A DNA stretch of 62,788 bases, filler included, from Globobulimina sp. (taxonomy: Eukaryota): assembly GCA_003354225.1 (NCBI GenBank). It is 9 parts of 9 records of this genome, joined end to end, with 100 filler letters (N's around TTAATTAATTAA, not from the genome) between each part and the next. Parts side by side here need not be neighbours in the genome. Positions count along the whole stretch, not along the records: positions 1 to 6,902 come from PIVH01000219.1; positions 7,003 to 13,904 come from PIVH01000220.1; 7 more parts are not named here. One strand, given 5' to 3'. The translations under genes were made by a program, and so were the position numbers. Below the pieces are notes generated by a model that did no database searches, was not told where the DNA came from, and was given only the letters and a program-made list of their open reading frames with translations. Position 1 is the stretch's first letter, and every line of letters begins with the position of its first letter. Of the stretch, positions 1 to 10,333 are shown in pieces.

Positions 1-265
1 ATATATTCCAAAAGATAACCCCCCCCGTTTGGATAACCCCCCCCCCCCTTTTGTATACATTTGTTCTGACTTTGCAAAGCGTTTCTCAGATAACTCAATC
101 AAATGTATACAACTTATCCGAATAGAAAAAAATAAGGCAACAACGTTGTTTATATCTGAATTGGTAAACAAAGAATACAAAAACATTATAAATTTATAAT
201 TGTGGAATTTATAGAAAGACAAAGTGGGGCAACTCAGTGTGACAAAAACAAACAGTGCAATGCCG

Positions 266-1486
266 TCATTCCGCAAATTGTAATTGAGGACTTGGGCTCT
301 TGTCATTTTGATTTGCTTTTGATGTCAACATTTTCTTTAAATCATAAGAAAATCCATAATAAAATTCTGTTTTATAATAAATGAAAGATAAAAATGAATA
401 TGCAATGCCAATTAACGCCCCACATAATACATCGCTATAATGATGTTTGGGATCTGCTAATCGAGAACAGCCCACATATATTGCAAATATTGTGGGTGAA
501 ATGGCAATCAATACACTGAGAATTTGACAATTTTTTAAATAAATAAATATCGGTAAAAAAAAATAACAGTCACCGTTGAACACATTGATTAATTTTTTAT
601 CTATTTTTACTTCATTAAATATGTGGCCATCCATCAATAAAATTACTTTGTTTCTATCATCGGCTTCGTTCATATTTGCATCAAAAACGATATCATGAAA
701 TGCAGCGGATACATTTTTATCATTTTTTTTCGTTGGTTTTGGTGATTTTCTTCGCTGCGCCTCATTCGGATTTGAATTGGCATTCGCATTAATATTAAAA
801 TGATTTATTTTATAAAAATATATTATCTTTCTTGCATTTAATAGACTGTGGAATAAATAAATTGTCAAAATGAAAAATATTGAAAATACATAGCTTGTAT
901 GACCGGATGGAAAGGACTTCGTTGCATCATTTTTATCCTCATTGCTCAAATAGTTTGGACGAGGGCGACCTACGCCGTTCTTGATGCCATCGGTTGTCAA
1001 TGCTGTCCATACGATGGATATTGATACTGAGCGCAATAATATTTCAAATTTAATTAATAATATTTTCCATAATTTATTTGTTTTGTCAAATAATGAATGA
1101 TAGCAATGAATAATCGCCATATTTATACAGAATATCAATAACCACAACATGGGACAAAATATGTTGACTGCAACGAATGAAACGGTTGATGTCAACAATG
1201 GATATCCAAGTGCTGGATCGGCATTATGTACCACATAATTCCCACAATCAAACGGGTCGTCTCCTCCTGGGATGCATTGTTGATGTGGGGCAGCATCGTT
1301 AAGGTACAATAAAATTGAAACGCAAATGATAATCACAACCCAGTCACATATTTTATTTGCATTAGAAAACCATGAACAACCATATGGATTAGGGAATACT
1401 TTGCACGAAAGCATTCTTACGGTGCGATGTTGGGACTTGGAGGACAATGTTTTGTAGTGCACATTGCATATTGAATCGGAAAACAT
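266..1486 (-). CDS. PAP2-family lipid phosphate phosphatase
   Basis: All three PAP2 motifs are present: KNGVGRPRP (C1), SFPSGH (C2), SRLADPKHHYSDVLCG (C3). Several hydrophobic helices. Confidence 0.92.
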   Translation of the reverse strand: MFSDSICNVHYKTLSSKSQHRTVRMLSCKVFPNPYGCSWFSNANKICDWVVIIICVSILLYLNDAAPHQQCIPGGDDPFDCGNYVVHNADPALGYPLLTSTVSFVAVNIFCPMLWLLIFCINMAIIHCYHSLFDKTNKLWKILLIKFEILLRSVSISIVWTALTTDGIKNGVGRPRPNYLSNEDKNDATKSFPSGHTSYVFSIFFILTIYLFHSLLNARKIIYFYKINHFNINANANSNPNEAQRRKSPKPTKKNDKNVSAAFHDIVFDANMNEADDRNKVILLMDGHIFNEVKIDKKLINVFNGDCYFFLPIFIYLKNCQILSVLIAISPTIFAIYVGCSRLADPKHHYSDVLCGALIGIAYSFLSFIYYKTEFYYGFSYDLKKMLTSKANQNDKSPSPQLQFAE

Positions 1487-1533
1487 TTTTAAAATGAAAA
1501 ATATTGCAGATCGAATACATTTGATTTATTGTT

Positions 1534-2148
1534 TTAAATGTTGTTGTCATTTGTATGAACAGTTGATTCAACACATTCAAACTTTGTGAATTTTTTGTTC
1601 GCACAAAGTTTTAACACAAAGTAATACGATGAATGTTGAATTGGTTTTTTTTTAATCACCACATTATTTTCATAAAATGTAACATTCCAATCATGACAGT
1701 TTAATTTTACAGTGACTGTTGTTTGGGAGTCCCAATGTCCAGATCTGTTTGGATAAAAATAATTGAGTGTGCGCCCAATGTCTGCATTAGGATGATTTAT
1801 GTAAAGTGGATGTTTGTGAGCTATTACGCCAATATATCTATAACAACCGGGTTTAACCAATGCTTTCACTGACCACAAATGAATACCTTTATTATATCCA
1901 TGCTCACGTTCAGTTTGTGCATAAATTAAATAACTACTGCAACATCCATTTCCTGCTATTATTCTCCCATCATTTGTTAATGAAAATTGTTTTTCATTGA
2001 ATCCATTCTGGGCAATTCTGCGAGTTCGTGGGTAAAAATCGTAAATTAATTGCGTTATAGCACTGGGGATTGGCATGAATAAACTTATTGTTTGTTCCAC
2101 AAATCTCATGTATCCATTTACCAGTACCAATTGAAGCTTTTCATCCAT
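1534..2148 (-). CDS. SPRY/B30.2-like beta-sandwich protein with an N-terminal helical motif
   Basis: Beta-strand pattern GIHLWSVK...YIGV...VTVKLNC.DW.VTFY.N...YYFV. First ATG (MDEK) is at 2148; the track start at 2154 is TTG. Confidence 0.55.
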   Translation of the reverse strand: MDEKLQLVLVNGYMRFVEQTISLFMPIPSAITQLIYDFYPRTRRIAQNGFNEKQFSLTNDGRIIAGNGCCSSYLIYAQTEREHGYNKGIHLWSVKALVKPGCYRYIGVIAHKHPLYINHPNADIGRTLNYFYPNRSGHWDSQTTVTVKLNCHDWNVTFYENNVVIKKKPIQHSSYYFVLKLCANKKFTKFECVESTVHTNDNNI

Positions 2149-2219
2149 TCTCAAACTTTAATGTATTATATTAATGTTTTTTTTTTTAAAACGTTGATTA
2201 TGATACACGCATAAATACA

Positions 2220-3518
2220 TTAAAAATGCAAGGATTGGTTGGTTTGATCATGTTTGCAAGGATTGGTTGGTTTCAATCTTAGAGTTTGATCACTTTTCGA
2301 TTCATTCAATTTAACACCAAATTTTGCAGCTTGTTCTTGAATTGTTGTATGTAACCAGTTTAATTCCTTATTTTCAGCATAATGGACCTGGAAATTTTTA
2401 AGTTTACTCCCTTTCAAAATAATATCTTCAACATTTCCAGATTCTGAATCTAAATCAACAAAATACATAAAACTCAAATCATCATTAAAACCATCATGTT
2501 GTTGGTTCCCTGTTATCCCTTCATAATCACTCAAAAAATCACCACAACCATAAAATATAACTTTATTTCTATATATCTCAAATCCTTTAATATGATGTGA
2601 GGAATGTCCATGAATTAAATCCATTTCAATGTTCATATTATTACATTCTTTGTCCGTATAATCGATCAAACCATGAGCAAATTTTATAAATTTTTTGTTT
2701 ATATCAAATCCCCAATTTGACCCCCAATGAATTGACAAAATTATTATATTTTTAAATGTATCCTGTTTTTTATTCTGTACATATTGCAAAACATTCGTTT
2801 TTATATGTTCCATGACCAATGGTATATGCTTCAAATCATATGGCTCAACCATAGCAATCCCGCTTTGTTCATTTGTGGCGTTCCATTGTTTTGGACAGCC
2901 GCTCGATTCACTGCCCACACCAAACACAAATATTCTACATTTCTTATCAGGTTTTTCAATGACTGCCGGTCTCCAGGCACTCAATGCATTTTCCCCGGCG
3001 CCGCAAAATAAAATATTCTCTTTGCGCAACGCACTCAATGTTTCGCTTAATCCATTATATCCAAAATCTAATACATGATTATTTGCCAGATTACATACTA
3101 AATTATTACATGTTTCATCATTTGTGGCTTGTTTTTCGTCTGTTATTTGTAGCTGAATGTCTGTGTTGATTGCATTGAGTGAATAAATATTTGCTGGATT
3201 CATTCGATAATTAATCCCTTTTGAAGGCCAATAATCGTCGCTTGTTGTAATGGATGTTTCTAAATTAATTAATTTTATATCCGGTGAATATATTTTAAAC
3301 GCTTTGAGCAAATCACCCCAAATATAATTGCTTTGTGATGTTATTTGTTTTGATGGTAATTTGCCGTTTCGTTTTTCTGCGATTTGCACATAAACTCTAG
3401 CATCTTTTACGTAAGATTCACGCAATTGCGGTTTGCACGGATGAGCTAAGACTTGGTCGATTCCACGACCAAGCATAACATCGCCAGTTAAAAAAATACG
3501 AACTGTTCCACGAGACAT
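2220..3518 (-). CDS. CapA/PGA_cap-family metallophosphoesterase (bacterial-type), intronless
   Basis: Motifs GDVMLGRG, NLETSIT, ANNHVLDFG, HWGSNWG, HGHSSHH and YGCGDF. Likely start MSRG at 3518; the track start at 3611 overlaps the neighbouring gene. Confidence 0.88.
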   Translation of the reverse strand: MSRGTVRIFLTGDVMLGRGIDQVLAHPCKPQLRESYVKDARVYVQIAEKRNGKLPSKQITSQSNYIWGDLLKAFKIYSPDIKLINLETSITTSDDYWPSKGINYRMNPANIYSLNAINTDIQLQITDEKQATNDETCNNLVCNLANNHVLDFGYNGLSETLSALRKENILFCGAGENALSAWRPAVIEKPDKKCRIFVFGVGSESSGCPKQWNATNEQSGIAMVEPYDLKHIPLVMEHIKTNVLQYVQNKKQDTFKNIIILSIHWGSNWGFDINKKFIKFAHGLIDYTDKECNNMNIEMDLIHGHSSHHIKGFEIYRNKVIFYGCGDFLSDYEGITGNQQHDGFNDDLSFMYFVDLDSESGNVEDIILKGSKLKNFQVHYAENKELNWLHTTIQEQAAKFGVKLNESKSDQTLRLKPTNPCKHDQTNQSLHF

Positions 3519-3597
3519 CCAAGTAAAAAAACTGTAAAGCTTAAAAGCTATCACTTTCCGTAAAAGTGAGGCGAGCAATAATTTATAGCATTGACGA

Positions 3598-4369
3598 TCA
3601 ATAATTTTCACACGGAGTCAAATGGCATCCCAATAGTCCTCGACCATTCCATTTTTGTGGGATAAGTTGTAACGTAGCATATCCCTCAGGATTTCGTTTA
3701 ATTATAACCGGTATTTGCTTGTTTATACTTTGTTTAACAATGTCTTGCATCAATTTTGGTGATTGATTTGATGATGACATTGACCCAAATTTAATCACTA
3801 AATCACCAGATCGTAATCCTGCCGCATGACTTGGTGAACCATTAAAAATTCGATCAATTACATAAAATGGTTTTAGTTCATTTAAATCAATTTCATCTTT
3901 CTTTTTTTTGTCATCTTCTTCTTTATTTGCATTGGATATAAATGCTTTCATATTTGCAATAATGTCTGTTTTCTTATTATTATCGTTTGTTTTTTGTTCA
4001 ATTTGTTCCATTTTATTGTCACTCATATTATTTTTATTATTGTTTTTCTTTGCAAATACATCAACAAGCAATTGTTCAATTTGTTTCATGAGAGAAACAT
4101 GATCATTTTGTAACATTACAACTTTTTTCCTGATTTCAGCTATGCGCCAAATGTCAATATCAGCTCTGGGAAATCCTTCATTGTCCACATACTTTGGTTT
4201 TCTTTTGACCTGTTTCGATGTCACGCAATGAATGCATTGAACTGTGCATAGTACATACATTTCTAAATTCGCTCGGTATTTGGTACAATAAACCTTGTAT
4301 TTGCATTTCCAACTCTCCTCTTTGTGTCTCAAGCGACTTGAGTTTGTCTCTAGGACTTAGTGTTGACAT
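3598..4369 (-). CDS. PSMD9: 26S proteasome assembly chaperone Nas2/p27 (Nas2_N + PDZ), one intron
   Basis: Exon 1 MSTLSPRDK...EFRN joins VKRKPKYVDNEGFPRADID in frame through a 49-nt GTATGT...CAG intron (4210-4258). PDZ motif SPSHAAGLRSGD and C-terminal WNGRGLLGCHL. Confidence 0.92.
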
Positions 4370-4396
4370 TGTAAGTTTGTAGTTTTATTTTTAATC

Positions 4397-5404
4397 ATGT
4401 ACCCGTTAACTGTGGTTTCTTTGCTAGGGGTCATCTTAGGAACTACATTGGTCCAATACCTTTACATTGTGCCACCGGCCATTGCAAACAATGGTAATGT
4501 TTCTAATAATAATGTGGGATATTGGGGTGCAAGTAATAGTGACTTTGATTGGTGTGAAAGGAATTATGTACTAACTCAATACATAGCAGAACCATGGAAT
4601 TCTATAACATCTATGGTTTATGTGGTTGTAGCAATATTATCAATGCATCACACATCAATGCGAGTGCCATCAAGCATTTATATCTCTGATATTACCTTTG
4701 TGACAGCTATAGTAATTCTTATTGGTTTAGGTTCGACTGCATTTCATGCCACATTGTTATATAAAACACAGTTATTTGACGAGATGCCGATGCATTGGTT
4801 GGTGTCATACTCGTCAGTCATGCTTTATACACGCAATGATTACAAATATAAAACCAGTGATTCATCACAAACATCAACACAAATTAAATCCAAAAATTCC
4901 CGAAATTTCTATTTATATTTATTAACGACAATCTTTTGTGTCTCAACGGTAATCATTGTGTGGAAAACACCAAAAAATAGCAAAACGCATGAATTTGCGC
5001 GATTTTCTTGGGCGTTGACATTTGTTTTAGGCTTTGTTTATTGTTTTGGAGTTTGCTGTAAAATGGCCAATCAAGTTCATGATAAAAAGCCCGATAATAT
5101 GCATTATGTTAAAATAAATCAATATTTTGATAAATCATTTATTTCGTTTACAGTGGCTTTGGTTGGTTGGATTTGTGACAATTATTATTGCGAAATACTG
5201 CATAATTTCACCATTTATCAGTTTAATATCCCATATTTACATTTTCATGCGTTTCTATGGCACATTGGAACCTGTGTTGGCTTACATTATTTTATTAATG
5301 TTGTTTTGGCGCATCGCATTGTTTTTCAATATAATAAGGATATCAAATGCACCACATTTTTGGGTATTTTGCCGTGCATTGCTATCGCACAAAAATCACA
5401 ATGA
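4397..5404 (+). CDS. Alkaline ceramidase (CREST superfamily, ACER3-like)
   Basis: GYWG...DWCERNY...AEPWNSITS, GSTAFHATL, QLFDEMPM and HAFLWH motifs; multiple TM helices. Confidence 0.92.
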   Translation: MYPLTVVSLLGVILGTTLVQYLYIVPPAIANNGNVSNNNVGYWGASNSDFDWCERNYVLTQYIAEPWNSITSMVYVVVAILSMHHTSMRVPSSIYISDITFVTAIVILIGLGSTAFHATLLYKTQLFDEMPMHWLVSYSSVMLYTRNDYKYKTSDSSQTSTQIKSKNSRNFYLYLLTTIFCVSTVIIVWKTPKNSKTHEFARFSWALTFVLGFVYCFGVCCKMANQVHDKKPDNMHYVKINQYFDKSFISFTVALVGWICDNYYCEILHNFTIYQFNIPYLHFHAFLWHIGTCVGLHYFINVVLAHRIVFQYNKDIKCTTFLGILPCIAIAQKSQ

Positions 5405-5733
5405 CTTTGTATAGGACTAATTATTAATTAGTTAACTGCTTCGTTTATGACGCTTTGCTTTTTCTTTAATTTGCATATTATTTTCCGCTTAAAATGCAAG
5501 TTTTCAATTGGCTTCGTGTTCGATTTCAGACAAACAAAAAAAAACAAATTTTAATATTTATAACACAATCACAAAACAACCCAATACAATATCAAATTTA
5601 CAAGAATGAAAAGTAATATCATAGCTATATTGTTTTGCGGTGTAAAAAACACAAAAAAATAAGAATATTATAATAATTATATGTATATAATTAAGTAAAA
5701 ATTGATTAGCTATAAGTTATACCCATTACTTTT

Positions 5734-6849
5734 TCAACTGCTTTCCCCAGACTTCTTATATAGAATAATATAGATAGGAACCGCATGATAATCCCGATTA
5801 ATAACAAAAATTGTTGGATTTCGCACATCATTCACCAACGAATCATACATTTGCGGTGCCTTAACCATGGACGAATTGCCTAAGCAATACTTGCCAGTAA
5901 TCACTTTACAGGCCAACATTGCATAAATTCCAGACTCTGCGTCTTTTTTTGAATAACCCGCCGCCGTTCTGGCATCTTTTGCAAAATATGAGCCTTTCCC
6001 ATACATATAACGTCGGTTATAGTCTCTGTTGAAGCCGTTCACTATGATTTTCTCGATATTCTCAAGCGACGTGCCATGGAACAAAATCCTCTCTCTTTCA
6101 GATATATCGTCCATTGTAATTGTACTCAATATATTTTCATAGATTAATAAGTTTTGTTTCACATTTTTCTCAATTTTATAAATAGAAACCAGCTCAATCT
6201 TTAAACCGTACATTGTCGACCAAAACAAGCGCCGTATTGTGTGTCCCCGCTCCTCCATATTTAATGGCAGCATACCCGCAGAATCTACACATTTCGCCAA
6301 AGGTAACAGTTTTTTATCAATTTTATGCGCATAGTTTACCTCCAAATATATCTCACAACGCGTGGCTGCAAAATAATCACTTAACATTTTGTTTTCTCGC
6401 AATAGCACCTTTTGTGCGTTTTGGTCAAACAAAAATAGTGTTTGCGCTCTGATTGGGATGGAATGAGTGTCTTTAATCATGGTTTTGAGCCGGAGGATGG
6501 TGTGGGAATATTTAATGTCACTGTTAAGTTTTAATTGGCGACCTTTGTATTGAATACTTATAATTGATTCGCTGTGGTCAGATCGGATACGCATTTTGAG
6601 CAACAAAGTTTGTCCACTCGATATTCCATAATCTGACAGCGTTAAATGGCTTTTTGTCAATGGTTTCAAATTAGGAATACAGAGTTTGAAGACTTCAGAG
6701 TTGAGATTGATTTTAGAAGCTGCTTTTTCTGTTAGTTGTTTGATGGTCGCTGTAGCTTCTATTTGTATTTCAATCGTCCTTTTCTTTCGGTTTAGATGTT
6801 TCGGACAAACACTATGTTGTATTCGTGGAACAAGGGTTTTGATTGGTGA
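5734..6849 (-). CDS. Tandem ubiquitin-like domains + PARP/ARTD catalytic domain (last exon; 5' end probably off contig)
   Basis: The frame is open upstream of the track start to an AG acceptor at 6850, giving TIEIQIEATATIKQL...TLSDYGI (UBL1) and TILRLK...IPIRAQTL...LSDY (UBL2). ART motifs LFHGT, YGKGSYFA, AGY and PTIFVI. Confidence 0.85.
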   Translation of the reverse strand, partial: SPIKTLVPRIQHSVCPKHLNRKKRTIEIQIEATATIKQLTEKAASKINLNSEVFKLCIPNLKPLTKSHLTLSDYGISSGQTLLLKMRIRSDHSESIISIQYKGRQLKLNSDIKYSHTILRLKTMIKDTHSIPIRAQTLFLFDQNAQKVLLRENKMLSDYFAATRCEIYLEVNYAHKIDKKLLPLAKCVDSAGMLPLNMEERGHTIRRLFWSTMYGLKIELVSIYKIEKNVKQNLLIYENILSTITMDDISERERILFHGTSLENIEKIIVNGFNRDYNRRYMYGKGSYFAKDARTAAGYSKKDAESGIYAMLACKVITGKYCLGNSSMVKAPQMYDSLVNDVRNPTIFVINRDYHAVPIYIILYKKSGESS

Positions 6850-6902
6850 CTAATTTAATTGTTGTTTATTTATTATATGTTTCAAAAACTATCTCTTCAG
6901 TT

Positions 6903-7002
6903 NNNNNNNNNNNNNNNNNNNNNNNNNNNNNNNNNNNNNNNNNNNNTTAATTAATTAANNNNNNNNNNNNNNNNNNNNNNNNNNNNNNNNNNNNNNNNNN
7001 NN
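6903..7002. other. Artificial contig linker (N44-TTAATTAATTAA-N44); identical linkers at 13905-14004, 20907-21006, 27904-28003, 34895-34994, 41885-41984, 48871-48970, 55838-55937
   Basis: Identical 100-nt pattern with an all-frame stop cassette, repeated eight times between pieces of non-increasing length. Confidence 0.99.
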
Positions 7003-7958
7003 ATCCCGTCCGGATAAAAAAAAGTCCGAAGGTTGAGATAAAAAAAGTGAAGGTGTTTTTTTATATTATATGTCATTATTGACCTTATATCGGTGCGATT
7101 TCAAAACATTTAAATCATAAAAGCAACTTTAATTAAATACAAAGAGCAGTTTGCACATCTTATTGCTGTTCTGTTGTCGATAGAAAATAATAAACTGCAT
7201 AATACGATAGAAAATATTATTTTCAAGTTCATCGTATCATATACACCAATTCTGATCAGTTAATGGGTATCGTAGTGATACCCCAAATGTAAATGGTTGA
7301 TATGTCCATAACAGATAACATTTCTTCTACATCAGATGCTGAATTACATTATGTTTCTAATATGAATTTATTACAATTTTCTTTGCATTCTTTACTTGCT
7401 CCGTAATGATGGATTTCTTATCATACATCTAATCATTCTCCAAAAAACATAGGTATATGGATGACCTGAATAGTCACGCATTTTTGTTTGTGAATCTGTC
7501 CACGTGGCTGGTTTATAATTATAAGTTACTGTACTGTTTTTTCCTTTTGATGAGTTTTGAATCAAAGCCTAGGTCATCGTGGAGAATATTTGGAAGCAAT
7601 TCAGATGAGGTAGATCCTGTTCAATGTTACAAAAGCACACCAGTTGAGATTTGTTCTTTGTTTTTTGACAATTCCATCGATCAAATTTATAACAATACAA
7701 AAAGGCAAAATATCTTCAAAAGTTTGGATTTATTGAAAATGGACATTGTACAAACAACGAAACAGCAGCAAAACCATTGGATAATAAAAACAATAAACAA
7801 GAAGAGTTTAAATTTGATCATAGGATGTTTATCGACAATGAGTTGTGTTTAAAATCCCGAAAATGTCACGATTTAATCAAATCAAACACATTCAACGATG
7901 TAACAAATTTTATCACATTTTTAAAACAAAATGGATGTTTGTGTTGTTTGAATGTTAA

Positions 7959-10268
7959 TTAACTGGCAATCATTTTAATTGTAAAAGATTTAATTTGTTC
8001 AGCAATTTCTTCAATTTCTGTAATGTTAAATGAATTACTTTCAGTATCAATGAATTGATATAAAATGAATAAAGATTGAACAATTTGGCATTTATTTTTC
8101 AAATAATTCAAAATATTTTCTATGGAATGTGGATTTGATGGAACATGAACAATGACATTGTTTTTATGATAAAAATATAAAACAATCCATATTTGAATAA
8201 ATGACTTAATATTTGTAATATCTTTCAAATCCAAAGAAACAAATTGATTTTTTAAAGTGGAATACATTAAAATAAATTTTTCATTTTGTTGTTTCTTTTT
8301 TTCTTCATTATTGATATAATTATGATATCTATCTAATAATAACTGTTTCGACATTGTTTCAAATGAAGTACAAACATCATTCGTTTCGTTTAATTGGATT
8401 TTCCATTCATTTTCATCATTTTCTAGAATTTTCTCAAGTTTATGTAATAATGATTGAGCTTTAAAGAACAATGAAAACTCTTTATTCTCTTCGTTTGCAA
8501 TTGTATTACAATTATTTTCTGTTAATATTTGTGAGATAGACTTCAAAATATTATATCTATCATTTGTTGTCAATTGAAATGAATTATTTTTATAAAAATC
8601 AAAGGGTTCATTTAATTTAATACTGGCAATATACGCATAAGCAATGAGTAATATATTAATAATTTTGGAGAACACTGTTTGTAACAAATAATGTAATAAT
8701 TCAATCCGTATTGCATCGCAAATATTAATTGTTTCTATGGATAACAATAAACATTCAAAATTAAAATATAATTTGCCGATTATTTTTGATAATCTGTCCC
8801 ATTCTTTTAAAACTTGATTGTTATTTTTATTTTTATATTCTTTTACAAATTGCTGCGACATTTTATTTTGCAATGTAACAATAATAATCTCTGACAATTG
8901 GCGGTTTTCCAATGCATCCAATTCGCAGTATAAATAATTTAAAATTGAAACACATTCGTTTTTAGACAATATATTATATTCTTTTTGTTTATTTAACATA
9001 CATTTAATAATATTATTATCCACTAACAGTTTTATAATAAACTTTAAATGGTGGTTCCAAATACATTGTGGTATAAAATTAATGATCCAACAATCATTTG
9101 TAAATGTGATATCATTTTCGTTCTCATTTTGTTTGCTTTCAACCGAGCTCAACAATGTTTGATTTAAACTTTGTATAAATATATTTCTTGAGAATAGATC
9201 AATTGAACCCATCCATGGTTTCATATATTTATCATAAAATGCATCAAATGAACATATTTTATTTTCTTGAATAATATTCTTTAATTTATCACTATATTTA
9301 TTTTTAAATAGGTCCATATTTATATATCCATTGCATAGTTTGCAAATATTCATTTTATTTTTATTTTTAACAATATTTGTTTGAATATAATCTTGTAATT
9401 CAGACATATTTTTGAATAAATATTTTTCAATGTCATTCAACAATTCTTTATTTTCGATATATCCGTCATTATTTAGTAAAGAGTTACGGATTCGTTTTGA
9501 TCTCAGATTATAAAAATTATTGCTCACAATATATGATTTATTATTTACATTTACTAATTTAAACTTGTCACATTTTGTTGCATTCAGTAAATGCAACAAT
9601 AGCTTGGGATTAATATTAAAAGTATTATCATTATTTAATTGCGTATAGAATTCATTGAGATTTTTGATTGCTGAATGAGATGGAATTGCATTCAATATTT
9701 TATTTTGATATTGTTCTGATTGAATTAATTTAATCTGTTGCTTCCAATGCGATATTAACGAAATATTTGGTGATTGCCGTAATGTGATAAGTATTCCATC
9801 AATGAATTGTTGGAATTGTTTTGTTGTTTTGAATAATTGCGTTAATGCATATTTTTCATTTTCATTATCTTTGCGTTCCAATGAATCAATGATAACACTT
9901 TGTAGGTCTTTCATTGTCATTAAATATGAATGTTGTTTCATTGTATCAATAACTAAGTGTTTCGTACGTTGTTTATAGGTCTGAGTACATATAAATTCTT
10001 TATTTAGACAGTAAAATTGTTCCATTTCCTCAGCTATTTGTAATGCTTTCTGCTTTGCGGGACAGTCAATACATTTGTTGATAAAATCAATGTGAATAAT
10101 TCCATTTTTCTCCACTGCATTCTTGATAGTATTCACCACAAACTCTTCTGTAAAAAATGTACTTTTATCACCACTCCAATATAGTTTCAAGTTTGACTTT
10201 GATAAATAATCTCGAATGAATTTATCATGCAATGAAGTGTTTGTGGCAAACTCAGTCATCCGTCGCAT
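7959..10268 (-). CDS. Divergent E3 UFM1-protein ligase 1-like protein
   Basis: Similarity to UFL1 recalled by eye: N-terminal LYWSGDKSTFFTEEF...GIIHI, central LLHYLLQTVFSKIINILL and C-terminal VIVHVPSNPHSIENILNYL. The 769-aa length fits. Confidence 0.5.
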   Translation of the reverse strand: MRRMTEFATNTSLHDKFIRDYLSKSNLKLYWSGDKSTFFTEEFVVNTIKNAVEKNGIIHIDFINKCIDCPAKQKALQIAEEMEQFYCLNKEFICTQTYKQRTKHLVIDTMKQHSYLMTMKDLQSVIIDSLERKDNENEKYALTQLFKTTKQFQQFIDGILITLRQSPNISLISHWKQQIKLIQSEQYQNKILNAIPSHSAIKNLNEFYTQLNNDNTFNINPKLLLHLLNATKCDKFKLVNVNNKSYIVSNNFYNLRSKRIRNSLLNNDGYIENKELLNDIEKYLFKNMSELQDYIQTNIVKNKNKMNICKLCNGYINMDLFKNKYSDKLKNIIQENKICSFDAFYDKYMKPWMGSIDLFSRNIFIQSLNQTLLSSVESKQNENENDITFTNDCWIINFIPQCIWNHHLKFIIKLLVDNNIIKCMLNKQKEYNILSKNECVSILNYLYCELDALENRQLSEIIIVTLQNKMSQQFVKEYKNKNNNQVLKEWDRLSKIIGKLYFNFECLLLSIETINICDAIRIELLHYLLQTVFSKIINILLIAYAYIASIKLNEPFDFYKNNSFQLTTNDRYNILKSISQILTENNCNTIANEENKEFSLFFKAQSLLHKLEKILENDENEWKIQLNETNDVCTSFETMSKQLLLDRYHNYINNEEKKKQQNEKFILMYSTLKNQFVSLDLKDITNIKSFIQIWIVLYFYHKNNVIVHVPSNPHSIENILNYLKNKCQIVQSLFILYQFIDTESNSFNITEIEEIAEQIKSFTIKMIAS

Positions 10269-10333
10269 TGAGCTGCAAGTAGAAACCCGTACGTCTGCGC
10301 GTGCAAAAACGACAAAAATAGTTTATTCGGATC

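Noticed and set aside
14-48. GATAAC(C)n doublet at the window start as a telomere or terminal inverted repeat
   Set aside because: Only two units and no matching partner seen elsewhere in the window.
7003-7962. Short plus-strand ORFs 7457-7852 and 7777-7962
   Set aside because: Possibly a spliced or disrupted gene, but I could not support a product or exon structure.
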